The notes beneath the pieces are model-generated. The model was not told where the DNA came from. It did not search any database and saw only the letters and a program-made list of their open reading frames with translations. This document shows, piece by piece, positions 1-14,438 of a DNA stretch of 64,000 nt. Origin of the DNA: Sphaerodactylus townsendi (Eukaryota). Position numbers and translations under genes: made by a program. The stretch covers positions 155,434,001-155,498,000 of the forward strand of contig NC_059426.1 in the NCBI RefSeq assembly GCF_021028975.2, given 5' to 3'. Position 1 is the stretch's first letter; each line of letters begins with the position of its first letter.

Positions 1-934
1 GACAGTTTGGCGGCATTATCAGGAAGTGTACAAATAGGGATTCCAATTTTGGCGTAGGCAAATGCCAGGAAATGTTTGAGAATCATTAAATTGAAGGGGG
101 AAAGATTTGGTTCGGACTCACTCTGGTGCGGTAACAAGTTAAATCAGTGGTGGTCCAGCTTTTTTTTCTTAAATGGAGACTGTAGCCTGGTTGAGCAGGT
201 GTTTTTGCAACAAAGTTTTTTGTGAGTCCAGCAAAACTGTAGCTTCTCTCTTAGGTATAAGTTCATAAATTAACATGTTGACCTGGCTACAAAAAAAGTT
301 AACTTTTTGAGGGTCCGCTATTTTGAGAAACATCCTTCCAAGAAACATTAGTGAACCCACAAGTTAACTTGTGATCAATTTAAGACAGAACTGGAGAGGA
401 AATGAATTAAAATGCTGCACCAAAAAAAAAACCCCAGAACTTTTTTTCCTGCTTTCAGATTCCATCAGTCTTGTTAGAACTGGTTGAAAAATACATTTCT
501 GACTAGAGTTGCTGAGCTGGCAACTGGCAGGAGGATTGGGGGTGACACTGGATACGCCACTATTTCTCTTCTGAGAAAAATCATAGAATTTCCGGCTATT
601 CCTAGAGCTACCCAATGCCACTTCTAGGTTTCCCCTGGAAGTGACTTAGTGGCATAGCTGACACGGCTGTTTTTATTTCTCCCACCATTACTTTGTGAGG
701 CAGTGGAAAACCTGGACTGTCATTTATAGCTACCCTATGTCACTTCTTGGAAACCCAGTGACATAGCTGGCATGGCTGTTTTTCATAGAACCATAGAGCT
801 GGAAGAGACCACAAGGGCCATCAAGTCCAACCCCTGCATGAAGGAACGCACAATCAAAGCATTTTTATTTCTCCTGGCTTTACTCTGAGTGACAGTGGAA
901 AATTCGGACTATGATTTCTAGAGTGATGATTCTT

Positions 935-1175
935 AGTGTTTATTATTTAGATATTTACACCTTCCTTTTCTCCTCAATGGGGACCTAAAGCAGGTGATAA
1001 CATTCTCCCCTACTCCATTTTATCTTCTCAGCAAGAACCCTGTGAGGTAAGTTAGACTGAGAGAGAGAGGCTTTCCCAGGTTCACCCACTGATCTCACAT
1101 AGCAGAATGGGGATTTGATCCTCAGTCAGCCAGATCATAATCTGACATTCCAACCAATGCATCAAGCTGGCTCCT
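935..1175 (-). mobile_element. Older tRNA-derived SINE (second copy near 36775-36985)
   Basis: CCATTTTATC...CCCTGTGAGGTA.GTTAG.CT body, with a B-box-like remnant on the minus strand. Confidence 0.6.
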
Positions 1176-3367
1176 TCAAATGACAGGGACTGAGATCAGT
1201 GGGCATAATTTAATCTGGTTCCAGCTCAGGATTGTTACCTTTCATTTGGTTCTGCTTCTGCTCATTTCATAGCAGCTAGAGAGAATGAAACCATTTCCAC
1301 CATGGCAGGCTTCAGAAGAACAGTGCCCCAAAAACAGTGGCAAGCTTTTCTTGAATCGTCTGACTCTACCAAGTCTCAGCCAGTCATTTGATGACAGACA
1401 GGTGAATGGATGACCCATGATCTGAAAAAGATCTTTCTGACATAGGGTCAGTCATTAAGTAAATAGAGGTCAGTCATCAAGTGGACCCCTGTGAGATGCA
1501 ACCTAAGGTGCAACGTCACAGGGTGTTTGTTGTGAGGGGGGAAGGGCAAGGAGATTGTAAGCCCCTTTGAGTCTCCTACAGGAGAGAAAGGGGGGGGATA
1601 TAAATCCAAACTCTTCTTCTTCTTTTAAGTAGCAACATGGACAAAATTTTGCATGCTATGCAGGTTTTCCATAAGGAATTATTTAAAGTAATGGAACTCC
1701 AAAACATGTAACAGGTTCTCTTAATTTGAAGATGGACAGTGCATTCTACCATTCCATGTAGGCCTGAACTCTGTTGCTCTGCATTTCTTACAACCCATTT
1801 CTCAGACTCGGCCTCCACCTGCCATGGAATGAGATGACAATTCAAAGGTGGCAAAATGATCTGCCTCGTGTCACATCATGGGGGAGTCACATTTTAATGC
1901 TCTCCTGTGTAAAAACTCCCTATAAATAAAAGTTAGCACATCAGAGTGAAAGGTTGTAGGCTAGATTTTAGCACGTTAAACATGTTTCCCACTTACAAGA
2001 AATTATTAATATGTGGGAATTTTGAAATATGCAATCCCTTACTTGCAGTCTGAAGTGGTACCATACATTCTTCCACCTCAAGGTATTACCATTCTGTTGT
2101 ATGTCTAGGGCAGACCTGAGTCAACATTTATAGGGTTAAAATTTTAATGTATTAATCTAACTGATTCACTGGCGAAGCATAGTTGTGAATGAGAGGTGAA
2201 ATTTTTGCTGAAAGTTCTATATGATCACAGAATGCTCCAAATAAAGGTTCATTTCAGACCTTGTCAAATAATTTTTTTTCATAGACACATATATACACAA
2301 TCACAATTAAGCTTTTCAGTTTAAGGAGATATGTGGTGATAACAATAGCAGTAGTTCATTTGAGATGGTTAATCAAAATTCTACCACTTACGGGTCCTCT
2401 GGGAAAAATACACATTTAAGAAGGGAAACCGATGCGTTTTGAAGAGTAAGCTTTCAATATATGCATTCTGTAAACTTCACCTATGTGTTTCATTATAGTG
2501 GAGCCTTGGAGCATTTAAGGGGTTTACAGCTCGGCATAATTATTCACTGTGGGGTACCATTTGGAACAAAATTGATACTTTCCAATTCTCTGCTCTGTTT
2601 AATGAAGAGTCATTCAGCCTGAGCCCTATGCAGCTTTCTTTGCTATCAACATATTCACCGACTTTATTGAAAGAGGTTTGCAAAAGATTATGAGCAGGGT
2701 TTCATGAAATGATTTCCGTGATGTACTTCTGAATTTTAAAATTGCATTGTTGATATATATAAAAACAACAGCAGAGATTTCATTAAGCCAGGCTTTCTCG
2801 GGAACTAAATGTTTGATGGGCAAATGCCTGTGATTTACGCCTAAACCAACATATTTTATGCTATATCAGTTCTACATACAATAAGGTTTGTGCACTCACT
2901 ATGCAGAAGCCCAAGCTAAACACAAACATAAAAACATTTTCAAATTTTAAAAACCACCGTGCAGGTATTTGAGTAGTATTTGACAGTTCAGTGCTTACTT
3001 GAAAATATGTCCTACTGAGTTCCCTGGCATTTGCTCCATGGTTCAGAGTATATAGAAATGCAGCTCTAGCAATTCATGCATCTGAAAGTTTACAAGTAGT
3101 ATATTGCTGTTCCTAGATGGCTGGCTGTTCAAAAAATTATGTATTTTTTATTTCTGTGCCTTTATTATGGTTTTATGCCCTTTTTTGCAATAACGTGATC
3201 TACTTATTGTAAATTACCTTGTCAAAAGCTGGATATTGTAATATAGAGGGGGGGAAACAAATAAACAAAATAGGCATGTCCACATACCAGAGATGATTAA
3301 CATTGCAAAACTGAAAAGCTGCAATAGAGATAAAAAAGAGAAAGCAGCCAAGAATCCCTCCAAGCTC

Positions 3368-3572
3368 CATCAATGGCACTGTCAGAAGGAGGGAGAAGCA
3401 AGTCCCTTCAAATGCCATTGATAGAATCGTCAGAAGGAGGAAGAGGCAAGCAGTCAGGCATTCCTCCAAACGCCACTGATAGAGCCACCAGAAGGAGGGA
3501 GAAGCAAATAGCCAGACATCCCTGCAAAGACCATCAATAGGACCACCAGAAGGAGGGAGAAGCAAAAAAGCC
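3368..3572. repeat. Diverged minisatellite, about 4 units of 50-60 bp
   Basis: Recurring CCA.(C/T)(A/G)AT.G...CAGAAGGAGG(G/A)AGA(A/G)GCAA. Confidence 0.8.
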
Positions 3573-3574
3573 TT

Positions 3575-4650
3575 GTGGAGATGAGCACAGTTGTTCTGGC
3601 AGAGCATAGGGAGAAAGGCGGTCCTGCAAATAAGATGGACCAAGGCCATGAAGGGCTTTGGATATGATGGTCAGTACCTTTAACTGAGCATGGTAATTGA
3701 TGGGCAACCAATAGAGTGACTGCAAAATGGGAGAGATATGTACATTCCACCAAGTTCCCAATAATAACCCATACCCTTTTCCACCAAAAAATCTAAGTGG
3801 AATTGTGAATTAATCTGCCTCTACTTTCTCCTCCTTCTACCCTCCCTCTGCCCTGAACACCAAACCAGGTGTGGGAGGGCAGTGGGAAATTGAAAGTGGG
3901 AAGCAAAGATCCTTCAAGACATCTTCCTTCACAACCAGGATCACTTCCATCCTGTCTGGGTTTAATTTTAATTTATTTGCTTTCAGCCGTTTTGCTACAG
4001 CTATCAGGGAGCTGCTCATGGTGCCTATTGAATCACCCAGGGATTTTGATAGAGATATAAAGCTGGATGTCATCTGCATACTGATGACATCCAGTACCAA
4101 AGCTATGAATGATTTCTCATACAGGCTTTACATACAGGTTGAATAACATGGGGGATAAAGTTGTAACCCGAGGAACTCTACAACGTAACTCCCAAAGTGA
4201 AGATACCTCGTCTCCAATGTCAACACTCCGAGTCTGATTCATGAGGAACAATTTAAACCAGTCCAAGGTATATCTTTAATACCAACTTCTGCCTCCAAAC
4301 AACTCAACAGGCATGGTGTGGTCTACTGTATCAAAAGCTGATGACAGATCCAGAACGAGCAACACGAGGCATAATCTTTGTCTACACTGAGGCAGGGGTC
4401 ATCAACTAAAGCTACTAGAGCCATTGCTGTCCCACGGCCCAACCTAAAACCAGACTAGAAAGGTTGTAGGACCCATGAATTATTCAGGAAGACCTGGAGC
4501 TGGTCCACTACCACTCTTCCCATCACTGTGCCTAGATTGGGCAATAATTAGCAACATCAATTTTTATATAGAAGTGGTTTTAAATAGTCAACGGATGACC
4601 ACCTATTTGAGTGCCTGAGGGAAAGTGCCCTGGGTCAATTATTAATGTAT
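3575..4650 (-). mobile_element. Decayed L2 LINE ORF2 (RT and C-terminus)
   Basis: Minus-strand remnants LDLSSAFDTVD, YADDIQL, KLKLNPDRMEVIL, HISPILQSLYWLPI...GPSYLQDRL; many stops. Confidence 0.85.
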
Positions 4651-7600
4651 TATAGTCATCAAGGACTTGAGTATGTGGTTCTTTGCATGCTCTCTTCATG
4701 GTAAATTTTGAATGCCCATCAGAAATGTGCTGAAACTGGTGTTGCAAAATTTGCAAAATTGATCCAGAAACTTGAGTTCTAGTAACAGATTCTAGATTTT
4801 GTGAACTGTATCATATTTTTTTTCCTAATAAACAATCAGTGTTTAACTTGATGATTTTTGTTATGTGAAGTGTTCGCTGAATGTTGGAATTTGCACAAAA
4901 GAGGCAACCTTTTATCTTAATGGTACCATTAATTTGTTTGATTCATGATCACGGCCGTGATGTCTTCTTGTGCTATGGTTCTTGCACAACCAAAGAGTGA
5001 AAAAAATCCTCAAGCTAGCCCCTTGAGCTAAATTTAACATAACATATTCTGACCTGTTTTCTGCTTGCACGAGATACTGAACAAGCGATTTCCAGTTACT
5101 GAAACATTTTGGGAGGATAGCACTAGGTATTACACAAGATCTTGCACAAGTGGGCCAGGTGTGTTAAATGCTGGTCAGACCACTTCTAGCTCATGGTGAC
5201 CCTATGAATCAATGCCTATGATGCGACCTAAGTCCACCTGCATATCAACAGGCTGGGTTAGGTCCATGGGTTAGGTCCTGCAGTGCTCAAGAGCAAGACA
5301 TATGTGGCTACAGATCTTTCCTGCATACTCCCTTCTTCAGTGATCCCTCTGCACATATGAAAAGCTGTAGGGCCAAGGGGACGACATGGATAAGAAGCAA
5401 AATAATCCTTCTTCTGGCAGCAGAGTATCTTGAACCAGTGGAAGCACTGCTGGAGGAAAAGCCAGAAAGGGCAATTTATTTTCTGAGTTCCCCCTCCTCA
5501 GCGTAGCCTTCCATCCTCACAGCTTTTATCCATACAAATCCCTTGATCCCTGTCATTAACTTTTTGTGGGTCAAAAGGGGTTGCTTGTGGATAGGGAATG
5601 CAGAAGAATCTCAGCTTTCGTTGGCACTTCATAGCATCCAACATCATGTTATTTTCAATACTTTCCAATAATCCTCTAGCAGTACTGGTCAACAAAAAAA
5701 GTGGTTTGGATGCAATCTGGATAACATTGTATTTAGCATTACTCACACATACAATTGTAAAAAGTATGAGATGGCCAAGTATTTCCATATTTTCAAACAA
5801 GCTCAGGTCACTGAGTCCAGTGATTTATAATGGTGGGGCTAGTCTTTTAAAATAATGTATATTATATTGTTGGCATGTAGAGAGTTATGCTGATATAAAT
5901 GAGGCCTAGGAGACCCAAACAACTTGGCCCTATTTTAATGTTTTTAAAAGGCTGGATTTACAAAGTACAGTTCCTGCTGCATGATACAGTTGTACTGCTT
6001 GTGTGATTCACTCTTTGTCTAATCATACTCTGTGCATCAGTTCACTAATTCATAGTTCACAGGTATCTAGTGTACCTAATGAGGGTTAAAATAGGTCCTA
6101 GCTTTCTGCTCTTTACTTAGCATTAAAAGTTTGATTTTTTTTGTCATTAAATGGCCGTTGACTCATGGGAACCTCAAAGCAAGCAATGTTTAGGGACCTG
6201 TTTAACTTCTGAAGTCCTGGCCTAGACTATTCAGGGCTGGGCGGGTGATCATTAGGACCCTCAACCTCACAGGTTTTTCAAGGCAAGTGCTATTTAGGGG
6301 TTCTTAGCTCTGTCTCCCATCCAAATACCAGCTAGAGCCAACCCTGTTCAGATTCTGAGGTCCTAGCCTAGACTATGCAGGACTGGGCAGGTGATCTTAG
6401 GACCCTATAAATTTATATTTTTAACCCAACTCTCTGCACCTACAGTTGTTATCATACTGTTGTCTTTGCAGTGTGATTACCTAACTGTGAATTCTGGATA
6501 TCAAACTGGATCCCTTGTGCACAAATCGGGTCTTTCTCATCTTCCTCTTCTCCAAGCAGCCCCCACAGCTGATGTTTGGGCAGGGCAACAGCCAAGGGTG
6601 TGGCGGGGTGCCTAGTGAAGAGGAAGAAACAAGCAAAATCTCCCTGCTTTTTCTTCCACCTGCAGAGTTCTCATTGCTGTATAAAGGATGAGGTGGAACG
6701 GGGATACTTAGTTCCCCCTCATTTTTCTTTGTTGCAGCCATTTCGTGCCCTTTTGTACAAGAGACTCCCACAATCCCTAGCAGTTTTTTGGGAAATGTTA
6801 GGAAGAGGGGAAAACAGGAAAGATCTACATCTAAATGCCTTCCTCTCGTGCGTCATAATTCCCTGTACTGCATTTACCCATGACTCACAGTTTTTAAAGT
6901 GAAGACGCTTTAAATTGTAAAAATACATCTCAATTCAGACACATCTTAGGTGGAAAAGCTGGGAAAGATCTGTGCTCAAAACCTTGGAGAATCACTTCCA
7001 GTTGGAGTAGACAGGCCAACATAAATATCACATACATGGTAACTGGCAACTGGCCTCCTCTTCTGAAACACTTCCTGTCCTAATGAGAAGAGGTGGGATC
7101 CAGCAGGTTCTCACATGTTCCTGAGAGTAGGTTACTAATTATTTGTGTGTGCCGAGAGGGGGCTACTAATTGGTGATTTTGCCACGTGATTTTTGCCTTA
7201 GTTACGCCTCTCCTCTCAGCAGTAGCACGCGGAACTTGAAGCAGTCTAGCAGGAGGTGCACCGGCGTGCGTGGCAGCCAGCACCTGCGTGCATTTGTTTC
7301 CCGCCCAAGGACCGGTGCAGCGGCTGCGTCCTTGCCACAGCCCCGCCCAGGAATGCCCTGCCCCCGGAATGCCCGGCCACGCCCCCATTGTGCCCCGGCC
7401 AGCCCCATTGGCGCTACGCCACAGTTTGAATCCCACCACCATGAGAACCTGTTACTGAAATTTTTGGATCCCACCACTGCTAATGAGGTAGAGCTTTTGG
7501 GTTGGAGAAAAGATGGTTTGTTGGAAAAGGTAGAGAGCACAATTAAAGGTACCATGGTGGTAATTGGGGATCACTGCTCTGATACACTAGATATGGCTAT

Positions 7601-8733
7601 GGGAGTTAGCAGACAAGTATAGGATGGGTCATAGATTAGATGTTTGCTTGTTCTATTTATAGCCCATAGCACAGAGTGGTAAACTGCAGTACTGCAGTCA
7701 AAGCTCTGCTCACCAGGGATGCACAGTGAAGGTTGGCAGCACACCCTCACCTGTTATATCATATAAATATCAGTTTTACAAAAAATAAATAAATAAATGA
7801 TGATGATGATGATGATGATGTATAAATTTTCAGATTTCTCAACTGATTGGTGATATACATGTCATTTCTGTATGATTCCAATTAATTTTCTTGTCAAAAT
7901 CACCCAGTTTGTGGAACCCACCTGCAAATACAGGTAGAGGCTTGCTGGTGTCATCATAAAACTGTGACAGTAAAACACCAGATGAGGCCGCTATCGATCT
8001 GCTGCACTAAGGAGCATGTCTTGACCTGCCCGATGCACAAGATCCAGAAATATGACCCATTTGATTTAATTGGATTACTTAGAAGCAGCTTTTGGATGGC
8101 GGCCATGCCACCTGATCCTGTTCCTCTCAAGCGGAATATGACACAAATTTATTTCGGGAGGATTTACCTGCAAATACAAACGTGCTTTGGATTGTAGCCT
8201 TGATCACTTTCATTTCAAAGAAGAATCTAGAACATGCGTAAATCTTTCCGAAGAATTCAAAATGATTTAAAATGGCAATATTGACAGTTGCTCTTCTTGA
8301 TAGTTTCTTCTAATATTTATTTGACTAATACTGGCATTACTTAGGTTTAAAGCACTTCACCTCGACTCTAGACAGCATTTCAATTTAGGCTCTGAAAGAG
8401 CTATTACAGATTTCTTTCCAATGGCAATTCTACTTACTGAATCGAATGTAGAATATTATCTAGTTATCCTCATGATACTCTCTCAAGTCTTCCCTGCATA
8501 GTGGCTATGCTTTCTGACATGCAGCAATACTTGAGTTTAAAATTTGAAAGCTGTCACTTGATATTCTTGTTTTAATGGCTTGCTTTAATGGTGTTGGCCT
8601 GTTTTTGTTTTTTTGTCTTTTAAAAAGAAGACACCATTTGTCTTTTTTTACACCATTGGTCTGTTTTTTAACAATGCATTTTTAACTGGTATAACTACTG
8701 GGGTATTTTAATTGCTTTGGCTGTGATGTTTGT

Positions 8734-8874
8734 GGCTCATTCCGCACAAGCAGAATAATGCACTTTCAAACTGCTTTCAGTGCTCTTTGAAGCTGTGCAG
8801 AATGGCAAAATCCACTTGCAAACAGTTGTGAAAGTGGTTTGAAAACACATTATTTTGCGTGTGCGGAAGGGGCC
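8734..8874. mobile_element. PIF/Harbinger-like MITE, subfamily A (141 bp)
   Basis: Ends GGCTCATTCCGCAC / GTGCGGAAGGGGCC; 3-bp TSD TGT. Confidence 0.85.
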
Positions 8875-11200
8875 TGTGTTTCAGTGGTTTTGCTTCATTA
8901 GCCATATGCCGCCTCAAGCAGGTCTCTGGAAAAGTGACATATGTTGTTCACCGCCCGGAGCCCTTCGGGGATCGGGCGGTATAGAAATTGAAGATATAAA
9001 TAAATAAATAAAAATATACATTTTCCTAATAAATAAAGTAAACATTTTTTGCAGTATTTGGTAATTGGCATGCAATGGTATTAAGTATTTGATTGTACTG
9101 AGACCTCCCATGCAATAGCACAGCACAGGCATTGTATGAACTTCCTATCTTTAGGGAAACTAAATGCTGTCAAGGAGCCTCTTTGTATTTGACACCCAAA
9201 ATGCCCACAACTGCACACTGCAGAAGATTCTGGGATATGTTCCAGGATGTATATCCAACTAACAAAGGACATTGCGTGGCCTCCTCTCTACCTTCTGATA
9301 ACTGGAAGGGAGCAGACTTTCATGTTTACTTCCATAATTCTTTTCCCTTTTAAAAAAAAATATCATGCAGCCACAGGGTGAGATGCAGTTTTATGGCAAA
9401 GATCGGAATGGAGGAAGAGAAGCTATTTAATTCCTTGCTCTGATGCCATTTTTCTCCCAAAAAGCACCATTCTCCCAAATGCCTGTGTTACGGAATGATG
9501 TGGAAACAAGTTTTAAAATCTATACAGAGCAATAGCAGCCTGGTAGGGTGGCAATTTGTGGTTGAAAAACCACACAAAGGGAAAGATTTAAATAGCTCAT
9601 TCCCTGTTATGTTGTTCTCCCCCTATAGACTGCAGCCCCTATAGCTTGCGTTTTTTTAAAAAAAAAAGAAGGGGAAATTATTATGGAATTATACTCACTG
9701 AATATTCCACTGTGGCTATAATTGCGCAGAAAGATCAATGGTGGGGGACAGGCAAACTTCAAGCTGTCCTTTTCATTAAAAAAAACTCTGATAAGCTTCC
9801 AAAGCAAAAACCCTCAGAGTTTTCAAAAAGATCTTTGGAAAACCACCCATATATCGTATTTGACAACATCAGGTGCTAATTACTTTAACAGTTGCCACTT
9901 AAGCTGAAACTGTGGCACAAAAAGGAAGCCAAATTTATACAAGTAACAGTTGTCTTGTCTGCAACTGTGTCTTGCATCTTTTAGTTTTAAATGGGTATTC
10001 TGGGAATACTTTTCTAAAATTGCAGTCTTATAAGAGCATAATGTAAGTGAGCAAGGCCCATTTAATGTATATCTTTTAGAAGACTGAGATGGTTTGGATG
10101 CACCATATTCAATGCATTGATTGTACTATTAAACATTATTTGTATAACTGTTGCCTTTACATGTCACTTGTCTGCATAATGTAAATTTGCATAAGCCTTT
10201 ATATAAAATATTCTGAACCCCTAATTTGAGGTTACAGATTATAAATATTTATTTTAAGTGACCTTTAAGATGTTTATATTCCTAATCTTATGGAAAATTG
10301 TATTTCCATCTTTGAGGTAACGGGTGACTAATAAAAAGCTGGGCAACCCCAAGGACTGAATTAAAATGCTGTTTCCTATTTAAATTATTTTGTTTCTCAA
10401 GGTAATATAGTGGAAGGACTGAATGTAGAAAAATGGTGTGAATCATGCATTGCATTGTGCATTCACTTTCATTGGGACTTGAAGGCACAGGCATATCTCG
10501 GGAAAATGTAGCCTGGTGCAAAATCTGAGTCCCCGCACCCCGGTGGGGCCACCGTCCCCCACCACGACCAAACAATTTTTTTTGCACCAGATCTTGAAGT
10601 CAGTGTATAGCACCTGGGGGGGGGGGAGGATGAGGGGTGTGGAGGCAATATTCCCCCACACATGACTAAATGACTGCAGCCTGGGGATATTTAACCCCAT
10701 ATGTCCCCCTGGGTGGTACACCCCTGCTTGAAGGCACAGCCTGCTACTTGTAAGAATATATCCAGACACATGTCGCAAAGGTGAGTTGCCACTAGCATGA
10801 GGTTTTCTTTGCTTCACCTGCAGATAAATGTTCTCTACTTGAATAAGTGCATTAATCTCCTTTAGAAAGCGGTTGCAGGTTGCACTCGTACTTTAAAACA
10901 TTTCAGCAATGCTAAATTCCCCCAAAGCCAGGTAATAATACTTTTTATCAGGATCGACCAAAATAACACAAACCAGTGTACACTCTTTTGAGTTCTCCTG
11001 AATTTTTCATCAGCTGAATGGGCTTTTTCAAAACTTGTGTTTTAATACTGTAGTTTTCAATTGCAAGCTGCCTCCAGCAGAACTCTAAAGAGATGGCACA
11101 AAAATATCCTATGATAAAACAGGGGGCACTGTGAAAGACTATGCTTAAAGTTTAAGGGTTCTTGTAATAGTATCCAGTTTGGATTCCATGGACTCTTAAT

Positions 11201-11361
11201 CAGAGACATAGCTCCAAGGGGGCAGGGGACGCAATGCACTTGGTGCACGCCCCTGTGGGGGTGTGGCGAGGGCATTCCAGGGGCGTGGGGGGGTTCCGGG
11301 TGGGATGGGGGCAGAGGACACACCAGTGCACAGGGAGCTTTTTCCCCTTGCTATGCCTCTG
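11201..11361. mobile_element. hAT MITE
   Basis: CAGAGACATAGC / GCTATGCCTCTG ends; 8-bp TSD CTCTTAAT. Related partial copies near 7200-7425 and 43860-43982. Confidence 0.85.
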
Positions 11362-11671
11362 CTCTTAATTAATGTCCAGTATTGTAAATTATTATGACCA
11401 CAAGTTCCCTCTGTCCTCAGCCTTTTAAGGGACCCACATGTTCCATTATATGCTAGAGAGATATCTGATCAACTGCTGGCTTTTGCATTTCAGGTGGCTC
11501 TTGTTTGCTGTTGATGTTTGTTTTGTTCCCTCTTCCCAGAAGGCCGTGAAGGCAATGGAGATCAGAGCCATTTCAAATCTACATACCTGCTCATTGTTCC
11601 AAGAAAGATTCTTAAGATTGTGACCTGCAGCTTCACCCTCCATCCCCTCTTTTTAAAAACATCCAGTCATA

Positions 11672-11812
11672 GGCCCCTTCCGCATACGCAAAATAATGCA
11701 TTTTCAAACCACTTTCACAACTGTTTGCAAGTGGACTTTGCTATTCCGCACAGCTTCAAAGAGCACTGAAAGCAGTTTGAAAGTGCATTATTCTGCATGT
11801 GCGGAATGAGCC
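11672..11812. mobile_element. Harbinger-like MITE A at the 3' tail of a CR1 LINE
   Basis: Same 141-bp element reversed; TSD ATA. Confidence 0.85.
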
Positions 11813-12405
11813 ATAGAATCATAGAATTGGAAGAGACCACAAGGGCCATCAAGCCCAACCCCCTGCCATGCAGGAACACACAATCAAAGCACTCCTGACA
11901 GATGGCCTCTCTTTAAAACCTCCAAAGAAGGAGACTCCACCACCCTCCAAGGCAGTGAATTCCACTGTCAAACAGCCCTGACAGGCAGAAAGTTCTTCCC
12001 CAGCTCCCTAAGTCTGTAAGGCATGAATTCCAGACCTTGTACCATTTTGGTTGCCCTCCTCTGTACCTGTTCCAGCTTGTCAATATCCTTGTTGAATTGC
12101 AGTGCCCAGAACTGAACAGAGTACTCAAGGTGAGGTCTGACCAATGCCGAGTAGAGTGGTACAATTACTTCCCTCAATCTAGACACTATACTCTGATTAG
12201 TGCATCCCAGAATTGCATTGATTTTCTTGGCTGCCACATCACATGGCTAGCTCATGTTCAGTTTGTGGTCTCCCTATCACATGTGATGTTGTCAAGCCAG
12301 GTATCACCTATCCTATATCTGTGCAATTCATTTTTTTTTCTCCTTAAATGTAGATTCTTACTTTTATCTCTGTCGAAATTCATTTTGTTAGTTTTGGCCC
12401 AGTCA
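11813..12405 (-). mobile_element. CR1 LINE 3' fragment
   Basis: [36 protein letters not shown]; (ATTCTATG)n 3' tail. A tail-only copy lies near 784-862. Confidence 0.92.
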
Positions 12406-13499
12406 GATGAACAGAAGAAGTCAACAACTTATACAGTTTTGGTCCACAAAACAAAAATGACTCTACAGCTTTCCTTTCTGGATTTTTCCAGAACAGAGGT
12501 CAGGGGCAAATGCATAGTGAAAAAGTGACTGAAGATGTACCACTGATGTGTGAAAATGCCTGGCTACTTCCAGGTTCTCCTGGTATTGTCCTTGCTGCTA
12601 ACGCCCAGTGTATTGTGAGATCTACAGTTGCACACCTCACTGGGGACAAAGGTCAAACAAAGTTTGGGCTCTAATCTACACGGAATTTGTGAAGGGAAGT
12701 GCTTTAGGCTGCTTTTTTGTGTCTGGAGAAAACAGATTTACAACAAGAAAGGAAGGAAACTTAGACAAAAATCAAATAAACCATTAGGAAAAATAAGTTC
12801 GATTTGCTAGTGAATGGCAGTTTCCCTCTTCCCTGGAGTTGCCAACAACCTGGTCAAAAATGTCATGTCCCTTTAAGAGAAGCTTAATGTGCAGAAATGG
12901 TCAGCAGAAGTTTTTTCGTGGTAGGGACCTCAGTAACACCCCCTTTAAAAAACACATCTTTTCTCTTAAAGGGATAGGACACTTTTTTTTCTCCAGGCCT
13001 GTTGGTAACAGTACTGTCACCCAATTTGAGACTTTTAAACTTTTGTTTTCCAAAGCCTGGGCAAGACACTCTGCTCACCAACAAGACTCGTGGGCAGGCA
13101 TGTGAAGCTTCCCCCAATTTTTCCCCACTGCAGAGGGACCAGGATTGCTACGGTGTGCTGGGACGAAGCTGAGATCAGCACCACTCCCCAGCCTCGTCTT
13201 TTTAATTCATATGTTATCACCATCTTTCTAAACACTTTATCACACTGGTAATTCGGTTTGGTCACAACAAACTCATGGACAACAATGGATCAAATGAGCC
13301 CTGGCGGATTTCTGCATGGGGTCCTAAAGCGAGTCTCACCTCCCACGCCTCACGGCCATCCATTTATACTCCAGATCTGTGGAAGGCATGGGGTGGGGGG
13401 TGCTTGGATCCTCACCTTTAATAACAGGGAGGAAGAAGGGAGGTGCATTCAACCCAAATGAATGGCACTTGCATTCAAGTAATGTAGTTTTGACGTTAA

Positions 13500-13640
13500 G
13501 GCTCATTCCGCACATGCAGAATAATGCACTTTCAAACTGCTTTCAGTGCTCTTTGAAGCTGTGCGGAATAGCAAAATCCACTTGCAAACAGTTGTGAAAG
13601 TGGTTTGAAAATGCATTATTTTGCGTGTGCGGAAGGGGCC
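13500..13640. mobile_element. Harbinger-like MITE A
   Basis: 141 bp, nearly identical to the 55237 copy; flanks TAA/TGA. Confidence 0.85.
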
Positions 13641-14300
13641 TGAGTGTAAACATTGCTGCTTCACTTAAGAATCGAGACCGTTTTTGATGTAGCGTAGAAA
13701 TTCAGACTCAGTGGAATCTGGAAAACAGGACTGGAGGGAGGTCAGCAGGTTGGTTGAGGGATTATTCCAGCTCAGCATAAATAAACTTCTGGATATAGTC
13801 CTCTCAAGCCTAAAGCCCCAGACCGCCATCTCTCTTTCTTCATGTCCCAAATGATCCGACCAAACTTTTACTTTTCCAATTCGGATTAACTTGGAGCGCC
13901 AAACATGCCTTCCGGGTTCATTCTTATCCCGTGTCACTAGTGCTTAACACAAAATCCTACACTGAACAAGTGTCCACATATCCAGGCATAGACCCTCATA
14001 GTGATTTCCCATGGCCTGCTTCTGAATAGCTACTTTTAATTTCTTTAGTGGGTCCCATGTCTAAAGACTAACCGGAGGCAACCCTGCTTAGCTAACGGAT
14101 CAAGCTAGCCTAGCTTTCAATCATCCTTAATCAGTTCTCAAAGCCAAAATATAAAGACAGAAGATATTCAGAAGTTGTAATCCATTTACACATTTGTCAG
14201 ATAACACATCCCCCCCCCCAAAAAAAAGTCCCAGTTCCATCCAGTACACCAAATTATGTTTCCAATATATCTCTGGGGGAAAGATGTGGATTCTTGCTAA

Positions 14301-14420
14301 GGCCCTTTTGGCACATGCAGAATCATGGCCTTTCAATCCACTTTCACGCTTGTTTGCAAGTGGATTTTATTCCGCACAGCTGCAAAGTGCATTGAAAGTG
14401 GGTTGCGTGCGGAAGGAGCC
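14301..14420. mobile_element. Harbinger-like MITE B (internally deleted)
   Basis: GGCCCTTTTGGCAC...GTGCGGAAGGAGCC; TSD TAA. Confidence 0.8.
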
Positions 14421-14438
14421 TAAGATTTGTTTAGCAAT

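Noticed and set aside
3368-3572. CRISPR-like repeat-spacer pattern
   Set aside because: Vertebrate DNA, no cas genes, and the spacers are similar to each other, so it is a minisatellite.
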